The position numbers were made by a program, and so were the translations under genes. Below the pieces are notes generated by a model. It was given only the letters and a program-made list of their open reading frames with translations. It searched no databases and was not told the origin of the DNA. From Centroscyllium fabricii (taxonomy: Eukaryota), in assembly GCA_051313645.2 (NCBI GenBank), contig JBNRSN020000002.1, positions 270,072,001-270,136,000 of the forward strand: a DNA stretch of 64,000 nucleotides. The letters are read 5' to 3'. Positions within the stretch are counted from its first letter, which is position 1. Each line of letters starts with the position of its first letter. Positions 46,256-58,647 of this stretch are shown piece by piece.

Positions 46256-47085
46256 CTATTTTGTTTTTAGGCTCAGCAAATGGCTTTCAGGCCCAAAGGC
46301 CTCTCTGGTTGCTGTTTTTGAATAGTTTTATTCGTTGTCCCACGATTACTGCTTTTGCTGCCCTTTTAGGCTTACAGTAGTGGCTTGATTCCGCCATTGA
46401 TTCTGTATGCAGGCCCCATTAAAAGCTAATTTCCCTGCCCTCTCCACCTCAGCCTGAATCAGCCAGAGTACATTTAGGGTAATCTCTGTCTGGCTTGAGT
46501 CTAGGGAAGTGGGGAAACAGAAAATCAACTCTATTGAGTTTTTAAGGCAAGTGTCTCAGCAACTTTTAAAAGAGCCCAGCTGATACATCAGGATCAAGAA
46601 GCAAACCAGTTCTTTCAAGACCACTTTTTACATTAGATGTTTTATGCCACACACATCCTTCTATGGGTAGTACCCTGTGCATACCTCAGGCAATCTCCCC
46701 CATGTTACTAAAGCTGGATATTACAACTTTTTTAAACAATGGTCATCATCCATAGGAGTATGTCTCCTGATCTGTCTTTGTATCTGAAGTAGTACTTCTA
46801 AATGCCTATGGTGTGTCTGACAATGCTTCTGATGACTGTATCTGCACTCTGCTGCAGTTCATAGCTATCTCTAAGATGCCAGAAGCCAGAGCTGAAGTAG
46901 GCAGCCTCAGTCTCCTCGAAGCAATCCTTGTACTGTACTCTTCTAGCTTTGTCAAAAGTCCTTGTATCATGGACCGCGTAAAACAAAGGCATAACAACTG
47001 GAAAGCCGGCATTCACTTGATGATTCCATTTTGATTATCATAGATAACCTGCACACTGATGGAGTGGAATACTTTGAAGTTCATA

Positions 47086-47283
47086 CAAAAGCAAAATATG
47101 ATGCTGTAAACCTGAAATAAAAACAGAAAATGCTGGAAACATCAGCAGGCCCGGCAGCATCAGTGGAGAGAGAAACAAAGTTAATGTTTCAGGTTGATGA
47201 CCTTTAGCCAGAGGCCTAAATTGTTCTGATGAAAGGTCATCAACCTGAAACGTTAACTCTGTTTCTCTCTCCACAGATGCTGT
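47086..47283. mobile_element. Penelope-like pseudo-LTR fold-back remnant (second family)
   Basis: Inverted arms GTGGAGAGAGAAAC...CAGGTTGATGACCTTT / AAAGGTCATCAACCTG...GTTTCTCTCTCCAC, containing a hammerhead-like core. Confidence 0.7.
47223..47257 (+). ncRNA. Minimal type I hammerhead ribozyme-like motif
   Basis: GTT-CTGATGA-A-AGGT(CATCA)ACCT-GAAACGT-T-AAC: core boxes, stem II, palindromic ACGT stem III and a short stem I, as in Penelope minimal hammerheads. Confidence 0.55.
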
Positions 47284-47664
47284 TACCTAAACGTTCATAA
47301 TGGCCATAGAATTGTGTGCCATTAAAGATATCCTGGACTTTGGGTAATTTGCCATCCAAAACAAATGCACAGTCACCTCATTCTGCTGTCAGCAATCAAT
47401 AGGGATGAAATTGTTTACCATGGAAAACAATGCTTCAGTCACCTGCTTGATACATCTGAGAGCTGCAGATTTACTAATATTGCTGATGTCCTCTGTGGCA
47501 GTTAAAATGAGCCAGAGGCCTAAACGTTGAGGGCTGTGGTATCATTGATGGCCACCAAGCAATGTCATCTCTCTGGTGGAAGCTGGTTGGAGGTCAGACT
47601 CCAGGTGACAATGCAACTTTAATGGAACAGAACCTATAAAGGCAGCTTTCCTTTGACATTACAA

Positions 47665-50125
47665 GGTAGGTATGCCGGAAAAAGGAGAGCAATTCTATTG
47701 AGTTCTGTAGGAAGCCAGACCTATAGTTTGCTGAAGAATCTTCTCAGTCCTGAAAAGCCTGGTGACAAATCAATGGCTGAATTAGTGGCCTTATTAAAAG
47801 AACATTTCAACCCTAAGTCAAGTGAAATTGTACAACGGTTCAAGTTTAATTCGAGGAACAGGAAAGAGGAAGAGAGTGTAATGGAATATGTAGCAGTGTT
47901 GCGCAAATTAGCACAAGATTGCAATTATGGAAACAGCCTGAAGGAAATGCTGAGAGATAGGCTAGTCTGCGGAATAATGGACGACCGAATACAGCGTAGA
48001 TTATTATCCGAGACTGGGCTTACGTATGAAAAAGCATTAGAACTTGCTCAAGCCTTAGAGACAGCGAACCACGATGTAAAAGAAATACAGGGTTCAGACA
48101 AACCTAATGCTAGGCAAGTCGCATGTCCAGTTATTCTGCACAAGTTAAACATGCGTCAGAAACCACAATGGGAGCATATAAAGGCATGTTATAGATGCAA
48201 GGGTGATCACCTGGCGAGTGAATGCAGGTTTCGGGAGGAAAAGTGCCACATGTGTGGGAAACAAGGACACATAAAACGAGCATGTAGGGCAAAATCACCT
48301 GTGGAGAAAACCTAAGAAGAGAAATGAAAAAACATGGAGCACACCACATCAGCGGGGAAGCTGAGGAAGAAGAGGACATGTTCACAATGTTAGAGAACAT
48401 CCCAAAAGTGGCTCCTATCACATTGCAACTGACAGTAAATGATGCTAAGGTGAACTTTGAAGTTGATACAGGGTGAGGGGTAACCATAATGAACAGGGCA
48501 GAGTACTCAAAATTGGGTAACCGTACAAAAGTTCCAGAGTTAAAGTCTTGCTCTCTGCATCTTAAAAACTATACAGGTGAATGTGTAGCGACATTAGGCG
48601 TAGCTAATGTAACGGTGCAACACAGGGACACAGTGGAACAGCTACCTGTAGTTATAGTATCGTGTACCGGACCAAACCTGTTAGGTCGGGGCTGGATAAA
48701 AGATCTTAAATTGAACTGGGGAGCAGTAAATCAAATAGATGAAGACAAACAGTTGACCTTGCAAGAAGTGTTGAGTGAACATGAGAATGTGTTCAAGGAG
48801 GAACTGGGCACATTTAAGGGCCCCCCAGCTAAGATTTATGTAGACAAGGAGGCACTGCCAAGGCTTTTTAAACAATGACCTGTGCCTTATGCCATGAAAC
48901 CAAAGGTAGAGGTTGAACTTGACTGTCTATTGAGAGAGAACATACTGGAACCAGTGAATGTTCAGAATGGGCAGCTCCCTTAGTATCTGTTCTAAAACCA
49001 GATAATTTGGTAAGGCTCTGTGGAGATTATAAATTGACAGTCAATCGGGTGTCTAAACTAGAGCAGTATCCGATTCCTAAAACAGAGGATCTCTTTGCAA
49101 ACCTGGCCGGAGGAAAGAAATTCATGAAGTTGGATATGAGTCATGCATATTTGCAGATTACACTGGATGACGAATCGAAGAAGTATGTTACCATAAATAT
49201 CCATAAGGGCTTGTTTACATATAACTGCTTACCGTTTGGTGTCTCATCTAGTCCAGCTATCTTCCAGAGGACAATCGAAGGTGCACTGCAAGGGGTACCA
49301 CATGTTTCCATCTATCTGGATGACATTCTGGTGACGGGAAGAACCGACCAGGAGCATCTGAGCACTCTGAGTGAGGTACTACAGAGATTGGAGAATGCAG
49401 GGTTACGGCTCAAGAGGAGTAAGTGCACCTTCCTGGGGAAGGAGGCAGTGTTCCTGGGACACAGAGTGGACGCCACCGGGCTCCACCCAATCAAGGAGAA
49501 CGTACAATCACTCCAGGAAGCCCCTGCTCCTACAAATGTGGCTGAGTTAAAGGCCTACCTGGGACTGCTGAACTATTATAGCAGATTTTTGCCAAATTTG
49601 TCAACAGCGTTAGCACTTCTTCACAAACTACTGTGCAAGGAGACACAGTGGCAGTGGGGTGAGGAGCAGGGGGTTTCATTTGAACAGCCCAAGAAACTGA
49701 TGCTGTCGGCAGATGTGCTGGTTCACTACAATGAAGAGAAACATATCATTCTCTCTTGTGATGCTTCACCTTACGGGATGGGGGCAGTTCTTTCACACCG
49801 CATGGGAGATGGAACTGAAAGACCAATAGGGTTCATGTCACGAACCCTAACGCCAGCAGAAAAAAACTTCCCAGTTAGAGAAAAAGGGGTTAGCAGTAAT
49901 GTTTGGGTTACAGACATTCCACAAGTACGTATATGGCAGGAAAATCACCATATGCACCGACCATAAACCTCTTATCTCTCTTTTCAATGAAATGAAAGCA
50001 GTTCCACAGATGGTGTCACCCCAGATCCAGAGGTGGGCAGTGACGTTGAGGGCATATGAATATGTCATCATCTGCTAGATGGGCAAGTACCAGGGGAACG
50101 CAGATGCCTTGAGCCGTCTTCCCAT
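47665..50125 (+). pseudogene. Degenerate Mag/SURL-like Gypsy gag-PR-RT-RH fragment, no LTRs seen
   Basis: Gag LRDRLVCG with two CCHC knuckles, protease FEVDTG, RT RLCGDYK/YLDD, RNase H CDAS, ending at NADALSRLP. Confidence 0.85.
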
Positions 50126-51248
50126 CTGGGGATTAGAGGAGCTTGAACACCAGCAGAACCAAGAACAACAGCAGCACCAGCAACAGCAGCAGCAGCAGGA
50201 GCGCCAGGCTGCTGCTCACCCACCTGAAGCTGCACAGGCCAGAAGGGCCCAGTGCCTGGAAGCCCATCGGCGCAGGAGATACCCCCCAAACAGGGTGTAC
50301 AGACGCAGGGTCAGCTACCTCAACATGTCTGAGCGGCAGTGCCAAAGACGGCTCCGACTTTCGCGAGTGGTAGTGACTGACATCTGCCTAACACTAAGGG
50401 TCAATTTATCCTGGCCAATCAACCTAACCCTCACATCTTTGGACTGTGGGAGGAAACCGGAGCACCCGGAGGAAACCCACGCAGACATGGGGAGAATGTG
50501 CAAACTCCACACAGATAGTCACCCGAGGCCGGATTTGAACCCGAACCCCTAGCGCTGTGAGACAACAGTGCTAACCACTATGCCACTGTGCCGCCCGGTT
50601 TAGGACCCTGCAGCCATCCATTTTGGCTCAGATGCAAAGAAGCACAGAGAAACAGAAATTTTGACTCACCCTCAGACCCCTGCAAAGGTCATTACATTTT
50701 TTGCGACACTGCAACAGAGTCCTCTGGACCAGGCTTCTGCTGCTTACAAGCTGGGCGACCTCATACCAAATCCTGTTGCCCCCCCTTTGGCGCAGGTTTT
50801 CACCCAGTGCAAGGGTAGAGCGCTTCCCTGCGCTCCTCCACAACATTCAACAGGGCTTCAAGGGCTCTGTGGCTGAATTTTTCCACGCGCTCCCTGGCAG
50901 CTTTAGGCATCACGTCATCTTCCAAAATGTCCTCTGCCAAGGTGTGGTCGCAGCACCAGTTATAGGAGGAAGTGAGCAGGGAGTGGCTGCAATGGGAGGA
51001 AGACCCTCCCCCCTTTAAGAAATGGCAGGCGCCAGCATTGCTGGGAATCGCGGGAGGTGGAGGATTTAGCGCTGTGCTCGCACTCGGCATTAGTGCCAAA
51101 AGATTGGCCGGCTGCGCCTGTGCAACACCTAATTTAGCACTGCAATATGCAAGGCTGGCGCTGAAGCGAATATCCGGCGTTCCGGCGCCAATTTTAGTGC
51201 TGCGCCCATTTTAGCGCCCCAAATTGTGCACTCACCAATTTTGCACCC
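50126..51248. mobile_element. Internally deleted Harbinger: transposase N-terminus (+, to 50386) and convergent Myb/SANT exon 1 (-, 50670-50910)
   Basis: RRRRYPPNRVYRRRVSYLNMSERQCQRRLRLSR resembles HARBI1-type N-termini. MPKAARERVEKFSHRALEALL...W.EVA...RTLLQCRKKCNDL is followed by a GTGAGT donor. Terminal AATTTTGCACCC. Confidence 0.7.
50387..50596 (-). mobile_element. HE1-like V-SINE, 5' half (tail deleted)
   Basis: Matches 740-949. Confidence 0.85.
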
Positions 51249-51249
51249 T

Positions 51250-52569
51250 ATATCCCGAAGGTCCCACCAAGGTGTGAGTGTCTGCGCTGGTGCTGGGTGT
51301 GCTTATTGCTGTTGACGCTGCACCCTCATAGGTTGCAGATTCTTCTGAGGAGTCTGGAAGCTCAGGCTCTTCCTCCTGGACAGTGGGGACGGGGGCTCTC
51401 GATGGTCCTGTGGGGAAGTAATGGAAAGAGTTAGAGATGTGAGGTCAAGGTTACATGCACATTGCATATTGCAGATGATCATAAGTCCATCTGTTATAGC
51501 TTCAGAATCATTATCAGCGACTCATGCAATGTCAATGAGAGAGATGGAAAACTATTCTGTCACCAGCTTGCTGTGATGCACCCATCTGTCCATCCCCAAC
51601 TTGCGCATCTTTTTCAACACCAACAATTTCCAGGACGGTTTCCTCCCAGGGGGTGAGCTGGGCCAATGATGGTGGGCCTCCTCCTGTCCTGGCTCTTTCC
51701 CTTTTATTGTGAGCTCTCTTTTCCTGCAATAACAGAGACAAATGGAGGTTGAGTGAGAATGAAGGAGTGAGTGTCGAGATTGCATAGCATAGATACTTAG
51801 AAGGAGACAAAGATGGAGTGAGGTTGCAAGGCCAAGGACCTTCCCTGTGTATTGTCAGTTGTTTTCAAAGCATCAGAGTGATAGGGAGTGTGAGGGCTGC
51901 ATCGTGGAATACTTACGTGATTGTGAGCTTAGAGAGAGAGGGAATGGCTAAGGGTGCATGGATGTGAGTGTCAAGTGGGATGTGGAGGAAGAGATTGCTA
52001 AAGCTGAGTGCTGATGAGGAAAGGCAATGGGGATCAGATTGAGGATGATGGAAACTTCATACTTACTTTTCCAGTGCGTTGAAGGTCATGGAATCTTTTC
52101 ATGCACTGCATCCAGGTGCGCCGTGTGACCCCCAAGGAGTTGACCTCCCCAGCCACCTGTATCCACACAGCGTTGGTCTGACTGGGAGGCCTCTTCCTCC
52201 CTGATGAAGGGAACAGGACCTCCCTGTGGGCCATAGCCTATAGTGCTGCCTCATCAAACTTAGGAGCTGCTCTTGGCCTCCTGTTTGCCATTGTTCCTGC
52301 AGGTTCTTGTGCCATCAAATGGAGAAAGCTTGGAAGCCTGCAGAAGATGCAAGGCTTGGTGTGGACCTTAAATGCAGCAGCAATGATGATGTCATTGGAG
52401 GGGACTTTCAGTCATGAGAAACCCCTTAGCAAAGGCTTTCCACACGTTGGAAATCAATTGGCCAATTGAGTTAAAATTGCATCAATCTCCCACATCCATT
52501 TAGATTCTTGTGGGAAACACGAAATTCAGGGAACACGACAACAGCCCACACCTGAGTTAAAATCGACCC
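51250..52569 (-). mobile_element. Harbinger-derived element with three-exon Myb/SANT-like gene remnant
   Basis: Exon 1 52065-52291 (MANRRPRAAPKFDE...RTWMQCMKRFHDL, GTAAGT donor), exon 2 EKRAHNKRERARTGGGPP, terminal AAAATCGACCC. Homologous to 1200-2327. Confidence 0.75.
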
Positions 52570-53176
52570 TTTCATTTCAGCTTAGAAATCTCAGTCCTAA
52601 TATTATCCCAATGTTCACAGCTCTAATATAACTCACCTCTTATAAAGGTTGGAATTCTGCTCTGAGCTCAAGCTCTGTTACAGCTTTAGTCGAAATATCA
52701 GCATGACTCTGTCAGTGATCAGAGACTACTTCTGCAGGGTACAGTTTTACATCACAGAGTGTGTAATTGGAAGAGAAACAACAGCAGTAGAAATCTTTTA
52801 ATATGGGGGTAAATTGAGATAAGAACATATAACCCAACTGTACAGGAATTGCTAATCATGCTGTTGAAACTAGGCAGGGTTTATAGCACAGAAATGGTTT
52901 TTGAAAAATGTATCACTTTATGCTCAAGTGAATTGCGATCCACACACTTTATTTCCTGTAAGGAGAATAAACAGAAATGTTCTCAAACAATTCATTGTGT
53001 GTGTGTATGTGTGGAGGTGGGGTAGGGGGAGGAGCAGGAAGCAGGGTGTGCCTCCATTTTCCAACAGAGCAAGTTCAGAATGTCATTAAAATAGAGAAAA
53101 CTAGCAGCTCAGTACAAAACTCACTTAAAATGTCAAGTGTTGTCTGCACCCTTACACATAATTAAAATGAGGCGTG

Positions 53177-56100
53177 TGTGGTAAACCACGTTGTAATATA
53201 TATATGTATATATCTGTGTAACCATGTTGTACATAGTTCATTGTGTGTTGCTACCTGGGCATGCCCATGCTGGCCCCGCCTGTGACTCCTCCTTCCCAGG
53301 ACCAGGTACATAAGCGGCCATCTCCCTTCCCCCAGCCATTCCTGGGGACGGTCGACTAGCTGGTGCATGCCCACCTTTAGCTAATAAAAGCCGATTGTTT
53401 CACCTCTTAATATCTCGTCTCCGAGGTCGTTAATTCGGTAACAATTTTATTAGCTAAATTTAACGATGGAGTCTATGCTCAAACCAGCGACGTTCGAACT
53501 GGATCCCCGAACACCAGGCGCCTCCAATACCTTCACGCACTGGTTCGACTGTTTCGACGCGTACATCAAGGCAAACGCGGCAGTCGTCAGGACAGAGGAG
53601 GACAAACGGCGCCTTCTCAACGCCTGGGTGGGCCCTCAAGTCTACTCAATGATTGCGGATGCATCGTCGTACCTAGATGCGATCCGGCTTCTAAAAGCGG
53701 AGTATAACCGGACACCGAACCTCGTCCACGCCAGACACCTCCTGGCCACCAGAAAGCAGCAACCCGGGGAATCGAGCGTGGAGTTCCTACGCGTGCTGAA
53801 AGTCCTCTGCCGGGCCTGCAATTGCAGGGCACAGTCATCCCAGGTACACGCGGACAGCCTTATCAGGGACGCGTACGTGACTGGCCTCAGGTCCGACTAC
53901 ATCCGCCAAAGACTCTTAGAGCAAAACGGCCTGGACCTGCAGGCGACAGCTGATCTGGGAAACGCGCTGGATATGGCATCTCTGAATTTGTCGTCCTATT
54001 CGGGCAACTACGCGGGCCCAGCACCGCCAACTTGGACACAGCCGGCCGCGCCACGACCGGCGGAAGAAATGACGGCGGCCGCACACTCGAAAATGGCGAA
54101 ATGCTACTTCTGCGGCCAGTCCCAGCATCCCAGACGAAATTGCCCGGCGAAAGACGCGGCCTGCTCAAAATGCGGTAAGAAGGGACATTACGCCAAAATC
54201 TGCAGAGCAGCGGCAATACCGCACTCCAAACAAGGCAGCGCCACGTGTGGGCCATGGGGGCAGCCATCTTGGACACAGCCATCTTCACCACAGCCCGCCG
54301 CGTGGCAGCAGACGCCATCTTGGACTCAGCCACCTCCATCACAGTACACCACATGGCGGCAGCCATCTTGGGATCAGGCCCCAGACCCCTCAACTGACTC
54401 AACCGACTCGACCGACCCGATACTGGCCTCCATCACACTGGATCAGAACAAGACTCAGCCACTCAGCAGATCGATGATGACAGTGGAGGTGAACGGGCGG
54501 AGTACAGAGTGCCTTTTTGACAGCGGGAGCACGGCGAGTTTCATCCATCCAGAAACGGTAAAGCGCCTCTCCCTTAAAGTCATGCCGGCTAGCCAAAAAA
54601 TTTCCATGGCGTCCAAGTCGGAATCTGCGGACGTCTGCGGTCGCTGCGCAGTGACCCTGACGGTGCGGGGCGAGCACTTCAGTAATTTTAAAGTATTTGT
54701 GCTGCCGCAGCTCTGCGCTCCCCTACTGCTGGGCCTCGATTTTCAGTGCCACCTTCAGAGCGTTACCATGGCGTACGGTGGGCCCCTTCCCCCGCTCACG
54801 GTCAGCAACCAGCGCTTCCCGCAGTACCCACAGACCTGTGGCCTCTCGACCCTTAAGGTCGCCCCTCCCTCGCTCTTTGCTAACCTCACCCCGGACTGCA
54901 AGCCCGTCGCCACCAAAAGTAGGCGCTACAGTACCGGGGACAGGGACTTCATCAAGTCCGAGGTGAAGTGCCTCCTGAGGGAGGGGGTCATCAAGGCCAG
55001 TAATAGCCCTTGGAGGGCACAGGTAGTAGTGGTAAAGACCGGAGCTAAACACCGGATGGTTGTGGACTACAGTCAGACCATTAACCGGTTTACGCAGCTA
55101 GATGCGTATCCCCTTCCCCGTATAGCGGACATGGTGAATCAGATCGCTCAGTTTCGGGTCTTCTCGACCATCGATCTGAAGTCCGCATACCACCAGCTCC
55201 CCATCCACCCAGAGGACCGTCTCCATACTGCCTTCGAGGCCGACGGCCGCCTCTATCACTTCCTCAGGGTTCCGTTTGGCGTCACCAATGGGGTCTCCGT
55301 CTTCCAAAGGGAGATGGACTGAATGGTTGATCAGTACGGACTGCGGGCCACCTTTCCGTATCTAGATAATGTGACCATCTGCGGCCACGACCAGCAGGAC
55401 CATGACGCCAACCTCCAGAAATTTCTCCACACCGCCAAAACACTGAACCTGACCTATAACACAGAAAAATGTGTGTTCAGGACCACCCGCCTTGCCATCC
55501 TCGGCAGTGTTGTGGAGAATGGGGTCATCGGTCCCGACCCGGACCGCATGCGCCCCCTCCTGGAGCTCCCCCTCCCCCACTCCCTCAAGGCCCTGAAAAG
55601 GTGCCTGGGGTTCTTCGCCTATTATGCCCAGTGGGTCCCCAAAGCCCGCCCACTGCTTAAATCAACCTCATTCCCCCTGTCAGCAGAGGCCCGCTCGGCT
55701 TTCTGCGGCATAAAAGATGACATTGCAAAGGCCACGATGCACGCCGTGGACGAGGCCGTCCCGTTCCAGGTTGAGAGCGATGCATTGGACTTTGCCCTGG
55801 CCGCCACCCTTAACCAGGCGGGCAGACCCATGGTCTTCTTCTCGCGCACCCTCCAGTGCCCCGAGACCCGTCACTCTTCCGTTGAGAAGGAGGCCCAGGC
55901 CATTGTTGAAGGAGTGCGACACTGGAAGCACTACCTGGCCGGCAAAAGATTTACCCTGCTGACTGACCAACGCTCAGTCGCTTTTATGTTCAACAACAAA
56001 GAGCGGGGTAAAATCAAGAATGACAAGATATTGAGGTGGAGAATTGAGCTCTCCGCTTTCAATTACGATATCTTGTACCGGCCCGGGAAATTCAATGAAC

Positions 56101-56567
56101 CCCCAGATGCCCTGTCCCGCGGTACATGTGCCAGCGCACAAGTGGACCATCTCCAAACCCTGCACAACGACCTCTGCCACCCGGGGGTCACCAGGTTGGT
56201 CCACTTCGTTAAGTCCCGCAACCTCCCCATCTCCATCGAGGAGGTCAAGCCCATGACCAGGAACTGCCAGGTCTGTGCGGAGTTCAAGTCGCACTTCTTT
56301 CGGCCAGACCGGCCGAACCTGATCAAGGCCACCCGCCCCTTTGAGCGACTCAGTGTCGACTTTAAAGGGCCCCTCCCCTCGTCCAACCAAAACGTGGCCC
56401 CGCCTGTGACTCCTCCTTCCCAGGACCAGGTACATAAGCGGCCGTCTCCCTTCCCCCAGCCATTCCTGGGGACGGTCGACTAGCTGGTGCATGCCCACCT
56501 TTAGCTAATAAAAGCCGATTGTTTCACCTCTTAATATCTCGTCTCCGAGGTCGTTAATTCGGTAACA
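53177..56567 (+). mobile_element. Gypsy element E (self-complementary-PBS lineage), deleted for the integrase core, PPT and 5' part of the 3' LTR
   Basis: 5' LTR 53177-53443, partial 3' LTR 56395-56567, 5-bp TSD GCGTG. Closest to element B. Confidence 0.93.
53466..56394 (+). pseudogene. gag-pol: gag-pol of element E
   Basis: ORF 53466-55322 ends at an in-frame TGA (CGA in B), continues from 55323 (YLDN, RNase H) and is truncated after DFKGPLP. Confidence 0.92.
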
Positions 56568-56587
56568 GCGTGGTCTTTGTGGAAACA

Positions 56588-57041
56588 TAATGTGGAGGTG
56601 CCGGTGTTGGACTGGGGTGGACAAATGCAAGAAGTCACACAACACCAGATTATAGTCCAACGGTTTTATTTTAAATCACAAGCTTTCGGAGCGCTGCTCC
56701 TTCGTCAAGGTGAAAGAGAGAGACTGACTTAAAAGATCACATATCGGAGGAGGGGAGAAATCCGATCCCTTCCACATCTCATTCTGTGGATATCGGAGGA
56801 GGGGAGAAATCCGATCTCTTCCACATCTGGGTGAGATGTGGAAGAGATCGGATTTCTCCCCTCCTCCGATATCCACAGAATGAGATGTGGAAGGGATCGG
56901 ATTTCTCCCCTCCTCCGATATGTGATCTTTTAAGTCAGTCTCTCTCTTTCACCTTGACGAAGGAGCAGCGCTCCGAAAGCTTGTGATTTAAAATAAAACC
57001 GTTGGACTATAATCTGGTGTTGTGTGACTTCTTGCATTTGT
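56588..57041. mobile_element. Penelope-like fold-back with a perfect palindrome (208-bp arms)
   Basis: Arms 56621-56828 and 56834-57041, 5-nt spacer, flanking duplication TTTGTGGAAACA. The ORF track gives the identical 66-aa peptide on both strands. Confidence 0.85.
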
Positions 57042-57830
57042 GGAAACAGATTTGTTTCTTTGAAATAAACCAGGAAATTTGGAAAACATGACCACTTCTT
57101 GAAGAATAAATGGTATTGGGCATTCTGTATAATGCTTAGCTATTAGAAAGGATTGGCTTTATTGAAGTAGCTGAACATTTGAGCTAAAGCCTAAGCTGGT
57201 ACAACCTGATATATAAATGTAAAGAATGAGTCAGAAAGGACCGTGCAGTTGATTTTTTCATCAGTGCCTCATTGTTAGCATCTCCTTTTCAGGAGGTTAA
57301 TGCAGTGCCCTAGTTGCAGCAACTGTCCTTGAATTTACAAGTTTACATTTTCTCCCCCATATTGTGACTCGCTTGAAACAGCCACACTGTCTGGAATGTG
57401 TGTACACATTCTGCATGTCTGTAAATATTCAAACAGGCAGGGTTTGGATTTTCTAGGATTAGAAGGACTTTAATAAATCAGTTAACATGATGTAGTCCTT
57501 CTGGAACTGCTGATGCAGTCAGAAGCTGTCAACTATTCCAACTGCTGCATTGACATTAAACAGTTAAGCCCTCATTGTTATGTTGTAGAACCAATCTGCA
57601 TGGTACATAGATGTAACAAAGTGTTTTCAATAACTAGCAATTTGAGTATGGTTTTGAAAGGGAGAGGGACAGTGCCTGAGGACAGGTGATGTACAATATG
57701 CCTGCCCATTTTGTGATGACATTTCAATTATGAAAGTACATAATCAAGCATAATTCATAATTTGCACTACGTCAATGCTGAATGCCACAGATGCATGCTC
57801 GCCCCTGCTGCCCACGATTGCTATGGCAGT

Positions 57831-58208
57831 TAAGGTTGCCAACTCTAGTTGAATATATCTCTGGAGGTTTCATCACATGACCTCCTGCCTCTAACTGCCC
57901 TGCCCCCATGCTCCCATTATTGGTCGCCCAACAGGTCCATCCTTATGCCGCTCCGCTTTCCCATGCCAATTGGAAAGCAAAGACTCTTCATTACCTGATT
58001 GGGTGATCTGTGACTGACAGTCAAAGGGCTTTTTTCCCATCCCTAATATTTTTATAACTAATAAACAGACATGTTCAAAGAAAATGAAGAAATAATTGTT
58101 GTTAATGCCCCGATGATTTTTCCCCAGAGTTGCTCCCAGCAGTGTCCTGGAGATTAATCTTCAATTCCTGGAGACTCCAGGCTAAGCGTGGAGGGTTGGC
58201 TACCCGTA
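57831..58208. mobile_element. hAT-type MITE
   Basis: TIR TAAGGTTGCCAAC / GTTGGCTACCCGTA with 8-bp TSD ATGGCAGT. Confidence 0.8.
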
Positions 58209-58647
58209 ATGGCAGTGGAGGGAGGTGTTTAAAATTTAAAGGCTGGAAAACAGGTGAAATTGACTGCAAGGCAATCAGTTGCACAGGGTTAGGCCTGAAC
58301 TTGAAAAATGTCAACTTTTAGGGTAACCTTCAACTGGCAGCACAGAGGCTACAGGAATGCCTCTGAGGCCTACTGCAACCAATCTCTATTCCCGCTCCAT
58401 GCATATTCCCTGACAGAGTCATGAAGATTTGCTGCAGCATCATACAAGAAAAAATGGATGATATGGAAGATTCCTTATGTGCAGTCATGCAAGATGGCTT
58501 TTTGCAGGTCCACTCTAGAGGGCAAGGCTCCTCGAGACCATGTACAACCCACTCTCCCTTGCTTAGGAAAGGTCAGAAACATTGCCATGGCTTCTCTCAG
58601 GAATGTTCTAACTGATGCTGTAAACACCCTGGGCTCCAATCTCGAAG

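Noticed and set aside
46520-47034. Short ORFs on both strands in non-repetitive-looking DNA
   Set aside because: No recognisable domain; may be an old transposon remnant, but I could not assign it.
52631-52740. Possible minus-strand host exon with GTGAGT donor
   Set aside because: Stops in all three frames and no supporting neighbouring exons; cannot be supported without RNA data.
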